A stretch of DNA of 64,000 nucleotides from positions 372,001-436,000 of the forward strand of contig JAQGDQ010000108.1 of NCBI GenBank assembly GCA_030141605.1, read 5' to 3'. This stretch comes from Tubiluchus corallicola. Taxonomy: Eukaryota; Animalia; Priapulida. Position 1 is the first letter of the stretch, and each line of letters begins with the position of its first letter. The notes under the pieces were generated by a model. It did not search any database. It was given only the letters and a program-made list of their open reading frames with translations, and was not told the DNA's origin. A program made the position numbers and the translations under genes. Positions 49,401 through 62,142 of the stretch are shown here, piece by piece.

Positions 49401-50707
49401 TTGCATATTGGAAGAGATTGGAGATTGAACTGATACACTTTAATATCGGCAATGGTAACGTGGGGTAACGTTGTGCACTTAAACGGAAATAAATCAAATT
49501 CCAGTTAATATGTCACACTTAATCAAACTATATAGAATAGTAACAAATCTGCTAAAAGCCAGAAGTTTGTGTTCATTATTTCTAATGCATTATGAGGTGT
49601 TAGCCTGTATTTATAATGATATGCTCACTCCCTAACACTCGTGAATTGCTTTGTTATCGCAGAAGTAAACAAATTACCCGTGATAACTCACAGCAGCAGC
49701 CAAGTAAAATGACCTTGAGAAACGAGTACACAATAGCCATGCATAAACTACTCCGTGAAACACTCTCGTAACATAACGTGCTGAACCAGCTGACATTATA
49801 TGATTCATATCTTCGGGAAACCAATATTATCTTTTAGCTATTACAAAGAATTGAATTAGTTACTGGGCTAACTACTATATTGAATGGAAGTTTAATTTTT
49901 TTTGCAGTTTCATCAGACATCAATTAAAGCAATTAAATAGTTGTATTATTAACTTATATACTTGCACTATTAGCCAAATAGTAAACCTAATTTGTATGGT
50001 AATTTATATACACATACACTTAGGCTACTTTCAACTTTGTCTCAGATTGGCCATAATTCAGCATTACTGCTGAAATTTGTGACGCCATATCACAATTAGA
50101 CAGTTAACTCCATTAACGGTCTTAAATATTGTGGAAGCCATTCATATTACAAATTCTCACGTTAAATCTTGATCTTTACACATGAAATAACTTTTCGTTC
50201 TGAATACATTTGTAATAAGCTTCAGTTAAGCTTTTTGTCATTAGTATCTACTGAATAATTACATACAGGCGAAATAAACACTTATGATCATTAATCTCTC
50301 AAAAATTCTTGTGGGATTTCATTTTGACTTCCTCCAACCACAACCTGTTGCAGCAATTGTAACACATCATATCGGCTTGGGTTTAGTGTCGGATCAAATC
50401 GGGGATTGGATTGGCCAACAGCAATAGGTAAGAATAATCGGCATCGGATCAGGACATAGGTTTCCATATCGGCACATCCCTGTTCGTAACCTACACATAC
50501 TTTTCTGGGATCACCGAAAATCATTTACCATCATTTACTAGAAGAATCATTTACTACAACTAGCAAAAACAGTTACTACTAAAAAAACTAAGAGGCTGCA
50601 ACAGACGTACATATGATGATGGACAAAAAAGCAGATTTCTTACTAGGCGTGCCAGTAAGTTAGCAAAACTGCATACAAATATAGAAAAGAAAACAGACAA
50701 ATAAATT

Positions 50708-50747
<40 letters not shown>

Positions 50748-51253
50748 ACACGCACACACACACACACACACATTGTCACAATTTAATAACCAAAATATAC
50801 ATAAAAAGACAAATGCCATAAGCTAGCAAAAATGAACAAACTGTTAGATAAGTATTTTTTCTTTCTATAACTTAAATCATACTCATTAGCAAGCAAGCAG
50901 CTTTAATTTGACTAGATTAAAATATTTACTGTGCTGCATGAAATACTAAGAATGAGAGTTATTACAATTACTGTATAACGAGCTTACTATTATATAATAA
51001 AAGTTTTTTGCTTTATTAAAGAATTGATGTGATCATTTTAAAACTGATAAGTGTTTGATTATCAAAATGCATCTTTGTTTGTTTAACTATTTTTATTGCA
51101 CTTAACACTTGCAGTGTCTTTCTTGAACAAGGTTTTTTGTTTGTGCAGTTTGATCGCATAATATTCTGTGTGTTTTTACCGGAAGATGTTCACATCTATG
51201 AGCAGACATTACGCAAATATTTTCCTGTAACGACAGAAGGAACAAAATTATAA
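43496..51253 (+). CDS. MACROD1: MacroD-type macrodomain mono-ADP-ribosylhydrolase / O-acetyl-ADP-ribose deacetylase (MACROD1/2 homolog), about 324 aa, 7 exons
   Basis: Exons 43496-43775 (least certain), 44302-44433, 46350-46481, 46649-46765, 48564-48698, 49134-49207, 51149-51253. All are GT-AG and phase-compatible (975 nt). Motifs [67 protein letters not shown]. Confidence 0.93.
45279..46260 (+). mobile_element. Internally deleted PIF/Harbinger DNA transposon in MACROD intron 2
   Basis: TIRs GGCCCGTTTCATATTGAGGATA / TATCGTCAGTTTGAAATGGGCC with TAA target duplication on both sides. Internal remnant [16 protein letters not shown] matches the Harbinger DDE transposase C-terminal motif. Confidence 0.85.
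49373..50482. mobile_element. Non-autonomous hAT DNA transposon in MACROD intron 6
   Basis: TIRs CAGAGGTGTGCCGAT / ATCGGCACATCCCTG, with perfect 8-bp TSD TTCGTAAC (49365-49372, 50483-50490) and subterminal ATCGG repeats. Confidence 0.9.
50716..50772. repeat. (CA)n microsatellite
   Basis: Interrupted CA dinucleotide run. Confidence 0.9.
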
Positions 51254-54150
51254 TGTAAGTACAGTGTAGTGAGACTAGTAGTGATAGTAGTGTAACTTAT
51301 AGCTTGTAGTCTGTGATTTGTCCTTGCAAATCAATGCTCACTAAGTAGCATGGCACATTTTTGAAAATACTTAATGAAGATGCAGTCTGAAAATAAACTA
51401 AAATGCTAATTATAATTGATAATTAGGGAAAAAGCTGGTATAGCAAGATTATAACATACGTTTCATATTGTTTCTTACCAATTATTTCTTATTAGCTTTA
51501 TATTGTAAAGTGTGATGGGCCTACACACGCCATATAAACTTAGCAGTTGCATAAATTAGTAAGAGTTGGGTGTCTATTTATCTATGTATCTACTTATTAC
51601 CTATTACTGTTTTTTTTGTAATAAATCAAAATTGTTTGATTTAATAAGTCAAGACTTATGACGATCAAGACTTATGACGATTTTATTGAAGATGATTCCG
51701 ACTTAATTAGTTTTTTCTACCCAACTGCTTAGATATTTCATTTAGGGCACATTTAGTATTTCCATGACTCCATTTTATGAATGTATTATTTAAAATGCCA
51801 TTTAGCATTGCCAGAATCAGTGTTAGAATTTAGAATCAGTGTTATCGTATAAATTCAAAGTACTGTAAGTTGCTCTAGTCTATTGTAACATTACAATTAA
51901 AAACTGGCTAAAAACTTATTACATAGACAATGAGAACGACAAGGAGACTGGCTACATGGTGAACCAAATCTGGTTTGTATAAGATTACACAGTGAGCAAG
52001 CAACCCAAAAATTCTTAAATACTTAATTACTTAATTAATAAAAGCTCAGTTTTATAAACTTTTTCATAGCTTAGTATTATAAAAGCTATAGTTTTTATTT
52101 CTTATTTGTTGGTAATTATGCAGTGTGCCTGACCTCTTCAAAGAGGTCAAAGCATTTCAGAAAATACTGAAAACTCGGAAACATTAATTTCATAAAACTC
52201 ATCTGTGAGATTTATTAAAATCTACTAAAATATAAAAAGCTGGCAGAAGCAACTAGCATCAGTGCAAGAAATTTTTGTTTATTTTTGGCGTTATATTACC
52301 AGCTTCGTTTTTTCATTACTAGACTGCAATTTTTTGTTACACAGTATAACAACTTTTTATTATTTTAGGTTAGCCACAAAATCTTCTGCCATGCTGAAAA
52401 CATGATAATTGTTCAGAGTTTTACCTCATTTTAGACCATAAAATATTAAAATTTTATAAAAGTCTGGCTTGTTGCTTCACATTTCCGACTCATGACGAGA
52501 CCGGGACGATTCACATTAAGGCGGCGATTTTAACTATCTGCTGCCAAAGTAAATTGTAAATTGATAATATGGATACAGGCTTTCGGTATGAAGTAAATGT
52601 TTTTAAAACTAAGACATTAGTTGAAAATTTATTCATCTTCCATTATATTTGCTTGAGCAAAAATCTATTAAGTATTATTTGTGATTTTGTTGTTTCGACT
52701 GTATTGATGGCACCAAGTATTGTTTGCCATAAAAGTCAAATTGTCCATAAGGATGGATAATCCTTGACAGAGCTACTGTAGGGCTAGTTAATAGCCGTAA
52801 AGCCATTTACTAGTCACAGTTGATTAGGCATGTGAAATCACATTTGATGGTCAGAACTGTTTTGTAATTTGCATTGTGAGACTGCTTGTTTGTTTTCTAG
52901 ATAATTATTAAATCAACAAAAGCTCATATGCACTAAAAAAAATTGGCATTCATAATGTATTGTCATTGCAGGAACTTCTAACAAGATTTTTTTAAAATCA
53001 TGTTATGGTCTTTATACAGTTTCGTGTTTTACAGGATGAGTGTTGCAACATAATACTGTAAACGATGATGCAGTTCAATGAAAGATTATCGTAATAACTA
53101 ATTATTCGGATTATCTGAGATGTTAGGATAATTGGACTTTTATTTTGAAACATTTTAGAATAGTTTGTCAGACATTAACTAAGCAATTAGCTATGTGTTT
53201 ATTGATTGTGCAGAGGTGTTTTTATTTTTTTATTGAAAATTTCAGGGTATATTTCATTGAAAATGCTAGTGTCAGAGTTTGTAGGAATCAATATTGAACT
53301 ATCAGATCACAAACAGTTAAACTTTTTTACTCATTTCTCTTGTTAAATTGTTTTTCTTATCAGTCTCACGTGTTTTAGTTTTTTTTTGTTGATTGTAAAT
53401 GTTGTCCAAATACATCACTAACATGTATAAAAGTCTCTATTAAGAAGCTTTTTGTTTTTTTATGCTTGACAGTTTTTGTCACGCTCTGTCTGCTTTCTGT
53501 TATGACTTTCCAAACACAGATGGCAGCAGCAACATGTTTTCTTGAAAAGAACTCTGAAAATTAATTTGCTCCTAATGCCCATTATAGTTTTTACATCGAT
53601 AAACAATAATCACTGAGAATGTGTTGGCTTGAAAAAACTAGAGCTGAAAATAAAACAGTTTTTGTAATTGTCTCAGGTTCTTAAGACTTAGTAAAATTTG
53701 TTTCAAGATTCACTGTTTTGTTAACTCATTTTTGAATGAAGTCGATTCAGTTGGCAAGGCAGTTGTTGTATATTTGATAGTGCAACATGTACACATTACT
53801 AATGCACATGTGTAATTGTTTAGAGTTTGAAGTGCACTACTAAGTTGAAAGATTTAATTTGTTGTGGCCTCGTTTATAGTCTGATTGAGAAGTGAATATT
53901 ATTCAGATACATTTTAAACATGTTCAATTCCACTAAAAGTTGAGAATAGGTTGCACAAAAAAAGTGTTCCTGAGTTAGGATTGGGCACTGTATTAAAAGG
54001 GCTGTGAAATGACCTTGTTTCCTCTTTATTACAATTTAGTTATGTTAAGCTTAACACCGTAATAACCTGGTATTGCTATTCTGGTTTGTTAAATAAATTT
54101 TGTATTTACGGATTGAAGTTCTTGTAGTACAAAATCTGAGAGAATTTATA

Positions 54151-54290
54151 CAGGGTGTTTTGAAAGTCACTGTGCACATTTATTAACAGACATGTCTCAA
54201 TACAGGAGGTAAATATGAATGACAATTATAAACAATGTTGAAAATGACCCCCGTTAGCATCAATACAGGCTTGGATCCTTCCTATTCTGT
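54151..54290 (-). mobile_element. Tc1/mariner-superfamily transposon 3' remnant
   Basis: TA followed by TIR-like CAGGGTGTTTTGAAAGTCACTGTGCAC. The minus strand encodes RIQACIDANGGHFQHCL*, a typical transposase C-terminus. The other TIR was not found. Confidence 0.75.
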
Positions 54291-54959
54291 CTGGATCAAA
54301 AGCTGAAATATAAAAAAACGTGATTAGAAAAGTACACATTGACTTTCTGAACATCCTGTACATATTGCACAAAATGTCATTGATTTTGCGAAACCTCAAC
54401 ATCACTTTTATCATTTTTTCGTGATTTTGTTTCGTGTACGCAAAAAGATGTGTTAGTTAACTTTTCTAATATAGTGAACTTAATTGATTGTTACGTTCAA
54501 GTTGTTTTTACTATGCCTATTACCTTACCTTTTTGCCATGCACTGTTACCTTACCTGCAGATAAAATTTATGACATTTTAAGTCTTTTAGACTTTTTGTC
54601 ATTCATCACGGATCGATGGAAATGTTTTTTGTCTCTGATGAACTTGGCTTGTTTTTGAAAAATGTTGAAAAATATTGAAATATGCGGTTGTGTCACCAAA
54701 AATCGCATTTTCATTACATTTGCTGAAATATGGGGACTGATTGCTTCGTATTCATGTATTGATTATATAAAAATTCGACTACTCCCGTAGGTAGGGATAG
54801 CAGAAGCCTATTTTTGCGATCGTAAACAAACGGTTCTTAGCAAGCTAAAATATTTGTGTCATTGTTTTTCTGCTTTTGTGTCAAAATTATAACAGTATAA
54901 ATTTACTGCTTGTTTACATACTTTCTGGATTTATTTTGAAAGATCTTGCAAAAAACAAA

Positions 54960-56164
54960 ATAATAAAACTTTAGTTTATGCTGTGGTACCTTTACACATT
55001 CCGAGATTAATCCACGAATTTGAAAAGTAGCATAATAGGCCTACCGGCTGTATAAAAATTCACTTAAGTATAATTGCACGGGTGAGCATTTTATTTTCTA
55101 ATTTAAAGGCAATTAACTGGTTCGAAAAAATAGACAAAAGTCAGCATCACACGTTTATAACTCAAACCTCACTCCCTGGGATCGCCTTGACACCCCGACA
55201 CGCGGTTTATAAGTAATTTTATGCAACAGTTAAGTTATTAGAGCAGAGCATACTATTGTGCACATGTCTTTATGACGGTAGTTTAAAAATTTGCCTTTGG
55301 CTCTAACTGACTATTATCAGCAACCATAAACCTGCTTCTTTAACCATTACTTCTCCATAAAAAGTGCTTTTACAATTGACCCCATGGACATCTCTGGGGT
55401 GATTACGTCTGAACTTTGATCATGCTAGGTAAACATGTGTTATGAAGTGAGAAAATACATAAAATTCTAGATTAGGCATATAATTTTGTCAAGGTAATCT
55501 TAAGCAGTAAAAATACCGCGTGAAAGTTTTTTTAGAAATGATTATAGGGTACCTGTAAGCATTTATAATAAAACTTTAGTTTATGCTGTGGTACCTTTAC
55601 ACATTCCGAGATTAATCCACGAATTTGAAAAGTAGCATAATAGGCCTACCGGCTGTATAAAAATTCACTTAAGTATAATTGCACGGGTGAGCATTTTATT
55701 TTCTAATTTAGAGGCAATTAACTGGTTCGAAAAAATAGACAAAAGTCAGCATCACACGTTTATAACTCAAACCTCACTCCCTGGGATCGCCTTGACACCC
55801 CGACACGCGGTTTATAAGTAATTTTATGCAACAGTTAAGTTATTAGAGCAGAGCATACTATTGTGCACATGTCTTTATGACGGTAGTTTAAAAATTTGCC
55901 TTTGGCTCTAACTGACTATTATCAGCAACCATAAACCTGCTTCTTTAACCATTACTTCTCCATAAAAAGTGCTTTTACAATTGACCCCATGGACATCTCT
56001 GGGGTGATTACGTCTGAACTTTGATCATGCTAGGTAAACATGTGTTATGAAGTGAGAAAATACATAAAATTCTAGATTAGGCATATAATTTTGTCAAGGT
56101 AATCTTAAGCAGTAAAAATACCGCGTGAAAGTTTTTTTAGAAATGATTATAGGGTACCTGTAAG
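54960..56164. repeat. 600-bp tandem duplication (54960-55559 and 55565-56164)
   Basis: Two copies, period 605 bp, separated by CATTT. I saw only one mismatch (TTTAAAGGC vs TTTAGAGGC). Confidence 0.95.
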
Positions 56165-59100
56165 AGCTGCATCAGCTACTGAAAAACTAACATTATTTTT
56201 AACATTACATGCAGGATGCAGTAAACTTACAAATGTGTTTGAGTTTCACTCGGTTTCAAAAATGCATATACTACAAAATCTTTACAAATTGTGAGGAAGT
56301 TCCGACATTTGAAGCGAGGGTAATAGCTGCGTGGTCATTGTATATTTAGTAAAAGAATATAAATAATGTCAAATCTGGTCAGTGAGTGGATGGGTGGTTC
56401 CAGTGCTCGCTGTGGGCGGATGCCTTCACTGTACCTCATTCTCGCTGCTTATCTCGTTAAGGGAGGATGTATTCACAGTTGAACGTGCCCGAGAAACTTC
56501 TGTCCCATTCGAATCTCATCTTAGAAATAGAGGATTGTCGTTGATTTTGAGCAATGTTCTGGTCCCACCACATCCATCAATCTTCAGCTGGGTTTGCCAC
56601 TGAGAGCTGGATTCCAATCTGCAGATTGCCGAGTTGTATAAAAAACAGTAGTAGTTAATTAGTCAGCTGCTCACTAAGACAGTTATTTAATTATTATTGG
56701 ATAGGTTTTATCTTTATTTTCTTGTTTGCTTATGTTCGTGTGTATCTGCTTTATTGCTTGGTTTGTTAGCTGATTGGCTGGTTTTATTTGTTTGTTTACT
56801 TATTTGTTTGTTTGCGTGTTTGTTTGTTTGTGTGTTTGCCACATTGAGTAACTGATTCAACTTCGTTTCACTGTAGACATTATTATATTAAGAAGTGAAA
56901 GCAAATGGCACTCATTGGGTGTGCAGTATAGTTGTTTGCACATTTCTTGCGACTATATAAGTATAAGTATCTTTATTTATCACCTTTTTACAAGAAGAAA
57001 AACGCAGTGCATAAAACGATAATGTGATGCTGTGTAACAGATTAATTTATCTGAGATATGGTATTTAACTGATTGGTGAAAGGGTGGAGAAAAACTAAAA
57101 GTTATCAAAGTCCACCACCCTAAAGTGGCTTGAATAGTACACGTATTCATCTTAGCGGTTAACCTCAGACAAAACACTCTGCATGGGCAGGTGTCGTTCA
57201 AAATATCGCCAGAATCTAGTCAATCCGTTTATTCCGTAGATTCAAGGATGCGTTTCGCTTTTGTTGCAAGATTAATTCATTCACTTGCAAAGCAAATGTC
57301 CAATTATCTCGCACCTTTTTAACTCTTTCTTTACGATTAATGATTAAATTGCTTTAATCATGAGGTTGCAAATGCAAAATTACGTTACAAATATTTGTCA
57401 CAAAATAACAAAAATAAGGCGAAATTTTGCCATGCTGATTTTCCAAACCTGCGCGCGATTTTCAACATCTTCACACAAGAAATTAACATTTTAACAAGTT
57501 CATATGTAGCTAAGTGCTTATATTTAATTTCATTAATCGTCGAGAATACTACAAACTCTTTTTATCGCTTGGCATAACAACATTAGCCCGAATTAAAACC
57601 GTATTAACGAACTGCTTTGTGCGCTGTGAATATAATGATCAAAGTTGAAGGTTAAAGATTTTATTGACTGCGTTTAGTCAAATTAATTCTGCAGTATAGC
57701 TTCTAGTGTTTATCAGAACCCAATACAAACTGATCAACAGCGCAGTTTTTGTTTTTTTTAAAAAGCAAATCTATGTCGCCTCTTTATTTTTAGAGAGAAC
57801 TCAAAAGAAGTGTAGGCTGAAATTCCAACCAATCGCTTGAAATAAAGTAAAACCGGATCCATTCTTAGACAATAGGTCAAAACAATCTACGCTTTAAAAT
57901 ATTGAAAGTAAACACAGAATTTTTTCAAAAATGACTGACGTGAAAGAATTATTACCACGTAAACACAATTTCGCATTTGCGCCGTTAGTTCTTCGCTGTT
58001 ACATGCATGTCACCATCGCCTGCATTTCAGAAAGCATTAAACAAAAACAGGTGCTGTACCTCTCGGTTCATATGTGTTAGTTTGTGACGAACTACTCACG
58101 TTCGACGTCTCATGCGTGAGTACAACAGTAAACATAAAATTTGAATTTTTATCTCAAAACTTGCCTAGTTTTAGTACAACACACCGAATATCTTATAGTA
58201 GCACTGTACTTCCATTTTTGCATTCGCAAACACGTGCAACACGCTCATGGAATGTTTTTGATGTTGAAAATTATGTTAGTTTGTGATGTCATCACTAGTT
58301 GGAGTCGCCTGTCGTTAATTAAGATGTTAGTCTATTATTTAATTATTAGAAATGCTTTTACAGTATTATTAGTGTTAAAATGTGATTAGGTTTTGCCATG
58401 CTTGAAAAATCGTTCTGTCTTCCTTTAAGCCCTTCAAAAATTAATCCTTCCGCTTAGTACGAAGACTGATTTTAAAATCTGTTTGAAAGCTCGATGTGTT
58501 TGCACGATATCTTGCGTATCTTTTTATTTTTGTTTTAATCTAAATGCCCATGAAAAAGGAACGTGACGTTTGACATCAGTTAGCCAGCATGCAGGAAGTA
58601 AACGATCAGGCAACAGGAAACCGGATGTGCGCGCGTGCTTATCCCGAGAATCTCTTTGGAATTTTCTGAATGATTTTCTTCTTCGGTTTAAAAAACAACT
58701 TGTACTACTTCTTGCACAACTGTGACTAGAAACAACAAAAATGAATTCATTTATCCCAACAAATATCTTGTTGGGCGTTTGATACAAAGCTTAATCCCCA
58801 GTATGCACTGTTCAAATTATTGCTTTCATAAAAAAGTGGAACATTTGCTTTTAGTACTATTGTTACTTGAAGCAGGTGCCATTGTAATTTTAGTCTTTTT
58901 CAGACTTGTCGTTTAGACTTTAAAACCTGATTCAAATGAACTGCACTTGGGCGGTTTAATTTTCTTGCTAATTCTTGTAGAGGTAAGTCGTTTTGCGCTT
59001 AGCTGCAAGGTAAAAGCAGCGCTGCACCTGGTTAGCAAATCGATGTGTATACCACCGAGAAAATTCTCTCAGGCCGGATTTTATCTGTCAGACTGCTTCG

Positions 59101-61499
59101 AGGAAGGATGTATACGCTTTCGAAATTCTAAGTTTTGAAAAAACAAATTAATAGAGGTCGCGACTGTTTGTGCATTTCCTAAATAATATGTGTAACAATT
59201 GGTTCCAAAAAGATTCTGGAATATTCTGTGACTATGATACAGTACTTAGGAAACTTTTTGAATTGTATAGTATGGCACGAAAAAGCAAAATGACAGAAAA
59301 TGAAAGTTTTTTAATTGTGAATCAACCTCTCCCTCCCACACAAAACTGAATCGGTGGATCATTTTATAGTAACTTTTACTCGCCTATAAAAATAGCAAAA
59401 CTATTTTATAGTAAAGTTTTCGTGTAATATCCGCTTTTCCGCCACTCATTCTATTAAGTTATTACGAGTGTCATTAAGAAAAACCTTGGTACGAATTTCA
59501 CGGTAATTTGTTTCATGCAATTGTAAGCTTTGTCAGCAACTTACAATAGCTACTTTACCGCATTCTAAACCATTATGGTGGCGGACTAAATATGACAATA
59601 ACACTGGTAATTTAAGTTTAATATAATGAACTATGGCGACAAAAATGACGTCAACAGATTTTAGCTTTATCCAAGAATAAAACAATAATTGTGCAATGCA
59701 CAAAACCAAATGCTATGAGAAAATCAGTACACCTTTAGAACTCCCTCCTAATTTCAGCAGACGGTAATTGACGTGAGCCCATAAACGAGGTAAATCATCC
59801 ATATTTTGCTTGTAATCACTGTGTACCACCTAGCATGAATGAGATATGATAAAGCAAGACTGCGCCAAAATATTTAACTTTGGCATTTTTTAACTTTTTC
59901 TATGAAGCAATCGCTGAGTGTTTCCTAGCGCTGCTTGGGTAATTATAAATGCATGCCAGCGCACTACCGTAGGACCACACTGACCTGAGAACAGGGATAA
60001 AGAATTTTTTCTCTGGACAGCGGTATCCTACTAAATAAGTAGAATGGATACGCAAGTTAAAATGTTAAAACTATTGTGGTTGTGTTGTGTTAATGTACTT
60101 TTTGTATAAATAAATAATACATAAAATACGCAAGTTTTTTTCTGTTATCACTGGCGATTAGTTGTATTATTTTAATTAATAAAGCTTACAGAAACACTTA
60201 AAACAGCAAGGGGGTGTAGCCTCTGTACATGTGGTAATTTTGTGAATCATTTGTTTACCATAATAATGATACACTCGAAATGACCTCTGCGGAGACAATA
60301 CGTCAGTCAAGTATGCATAATTAGGCGGACTAAGAACAGGTATAAAAATAGTGGATTGTTCGCCGGACAACAGATTAGCTGCGCAGTACGCATAAATTAC
60401 TACCTTTTACAGCATGTGCATAACCTAACATTGCAAAAGAGTGGAGTGAATGCCAAAGGCTTAATAATTAATTTTCAAGTTTTCTGTTGACGTTTTTGAG
60501 ATAAGCACAAACGCCGCCGCACCGACTTTCACTGACTCGCCTCTGTCCTTCAATCCGTGGGTACGATATATAACTGGAAATATAGTACTCCGAAGTAGTT
60601 AGTTGTATATTTTGCACTTTTTTCTGCTGTCCATGGTAGCCAGAGCAGCTGCAGCAAAAACACGATAAATCGTTGCCATCATTATGTGATTTTATGTTAA
60701 CTGGAAATAATTAGAAGTGGCTCACGCAATTAGATCTATTTAAATCATTTCCTGTTAGTTCAGTTTTTGAACATGAAATCGATTTTTAATATTCTAGATA
60801 CGCTAATTCGTTTCAATATGATTAAGTTCCAGTTCAGTTCAACATTGACGAGGATGCCTGAGTTACATTAGATTTGGGCCAGGGTCAGTTTTGGTTTGGG
60901 ATTCGTGTTTAAGCAGTTTTCTAGTTTAAGTTGATAACACGCAAGGCATTGTGGAAGACACACTTGTCCACGGTCCATTGTACAATGTAATCTACGAAAA
61001 GGATCGCGAATGTTGCAGTTTTGCTGTGCAGACACATACATTAGCACTGTATGCAAAAGTGAAAACGCCATTTCGATTATTAAAACGTCATATGATACAA
61101 AACTACGAAGTATAATGATAGTTGTAATGAATTTGCTCCAGATATTGAAGGTTAAGGTTAAGGAGTTTCTATGCTGAACAGAAACTCGGATTACGCCATT
61201 TATTAATAATGACGTCGGATTAAAGGCATACTAACTTCTTTTCGTTCAATACTTGTAATAGTTTCAGTCAGTTGGAGACACTAATGCTGTAAACAGCGCA
61301 AGTAACAGTTACAAAAACAATTTCCACAACGTGGTGGCATCTATTGATAAGAAAATAGAATATTGTCGGCAGACGCTCCTTTAATGACATAGAAGGCTTA
61401 TGGCAATACTATGGTTTTTTATGCAGTTCGACACAGTTCGATATACCAGAATCAAACAGTTAACAGCAAAGCCTTTGCAATGTGCTTGTGTGGCAGTAC

Positions 61500-61980
61500 C
61501 AGACTCTAATTCACTATATTAAGCTTTACATGTTGACACGAGACACTGCACTGATAATTGCATCTATTTTTTCCATACTCTCAATTTTTAACTTTACTCA
61601 CTAACCTTGGTCAAATTCCCTGTTAATAAGACCCCATCTGAAACTACTACTTTGATACTACTACTACGTATAATAATCCTAATTACTGAATAATTGAATT
61701 ATTTTGCTTAGATTTATGTATTTAACTATATTATTTTTTGTTTTCAGCTCTTTTTTGATAGTTTGTATCATTTTTACTATTTTTTCTTATTTTTTGTTAT
61801 CTGCAGCATCACAGTTTATTTTTAATATACTAATCTATCAATAAGAAAGGGCAGGAGACTAGACGACCCTATGTTCACTCCCTGCCCTACTCCATAATTA
61901 TAATTACTTAATGTTTAACAAACTTTTGCTTTAAAACTCTAAATTGGACAAAATAAATGTTCTATGTCTATGTCTATGAT
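61500..61980 (+). mobile_element. Possible 5'-truncated L2/CR1-type LINE 3' end
   Basis: T-rich tract, short GC stem (AGGGCAGG..CCTGCCCT), then AATAAA followed by a short (TCTATG)n tail. No intact coding motif. Confidence 0.35.
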
Positions 61981-62084
61981 AAATATCTTAAGCACTTTCG
62001 GTTGTGAATGCGGATTCCTTCAACAGGAAAGTAGTTAATCAGCTACTAGAAACAGTATGATTAATGAAACTGCCAAGAACAAGC

Positions 62085-62142
62085 ATTCTGGTGGTCAGCC
62101 ATCTGTTTACTGACCAGGCTGGGCGTTGTTTAACGTCGGTCG
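62085..62142 (-). other. Degenerate 5S rRNA-related fragment (pseudogene or 5S-derived SINE piece)
   Basis: The minus strand CCGACGTTAAACAACGCCCAGCCTGGTCAGTAAACAGATGGCTGACCACC resembles the 5S internal control region (CCGAAGTTAAGC..GCCTGGTTAGTACTTGGATGGGAGACC). It is next to (CA)n. Confidence 0.45.

Noticed and set aside
57060-57140. Plus-strand GEKLKVIKVHHP, faintly SH3- or protease-like
   Set aside because: Too short, flanked by stops, and with no supporting exons.
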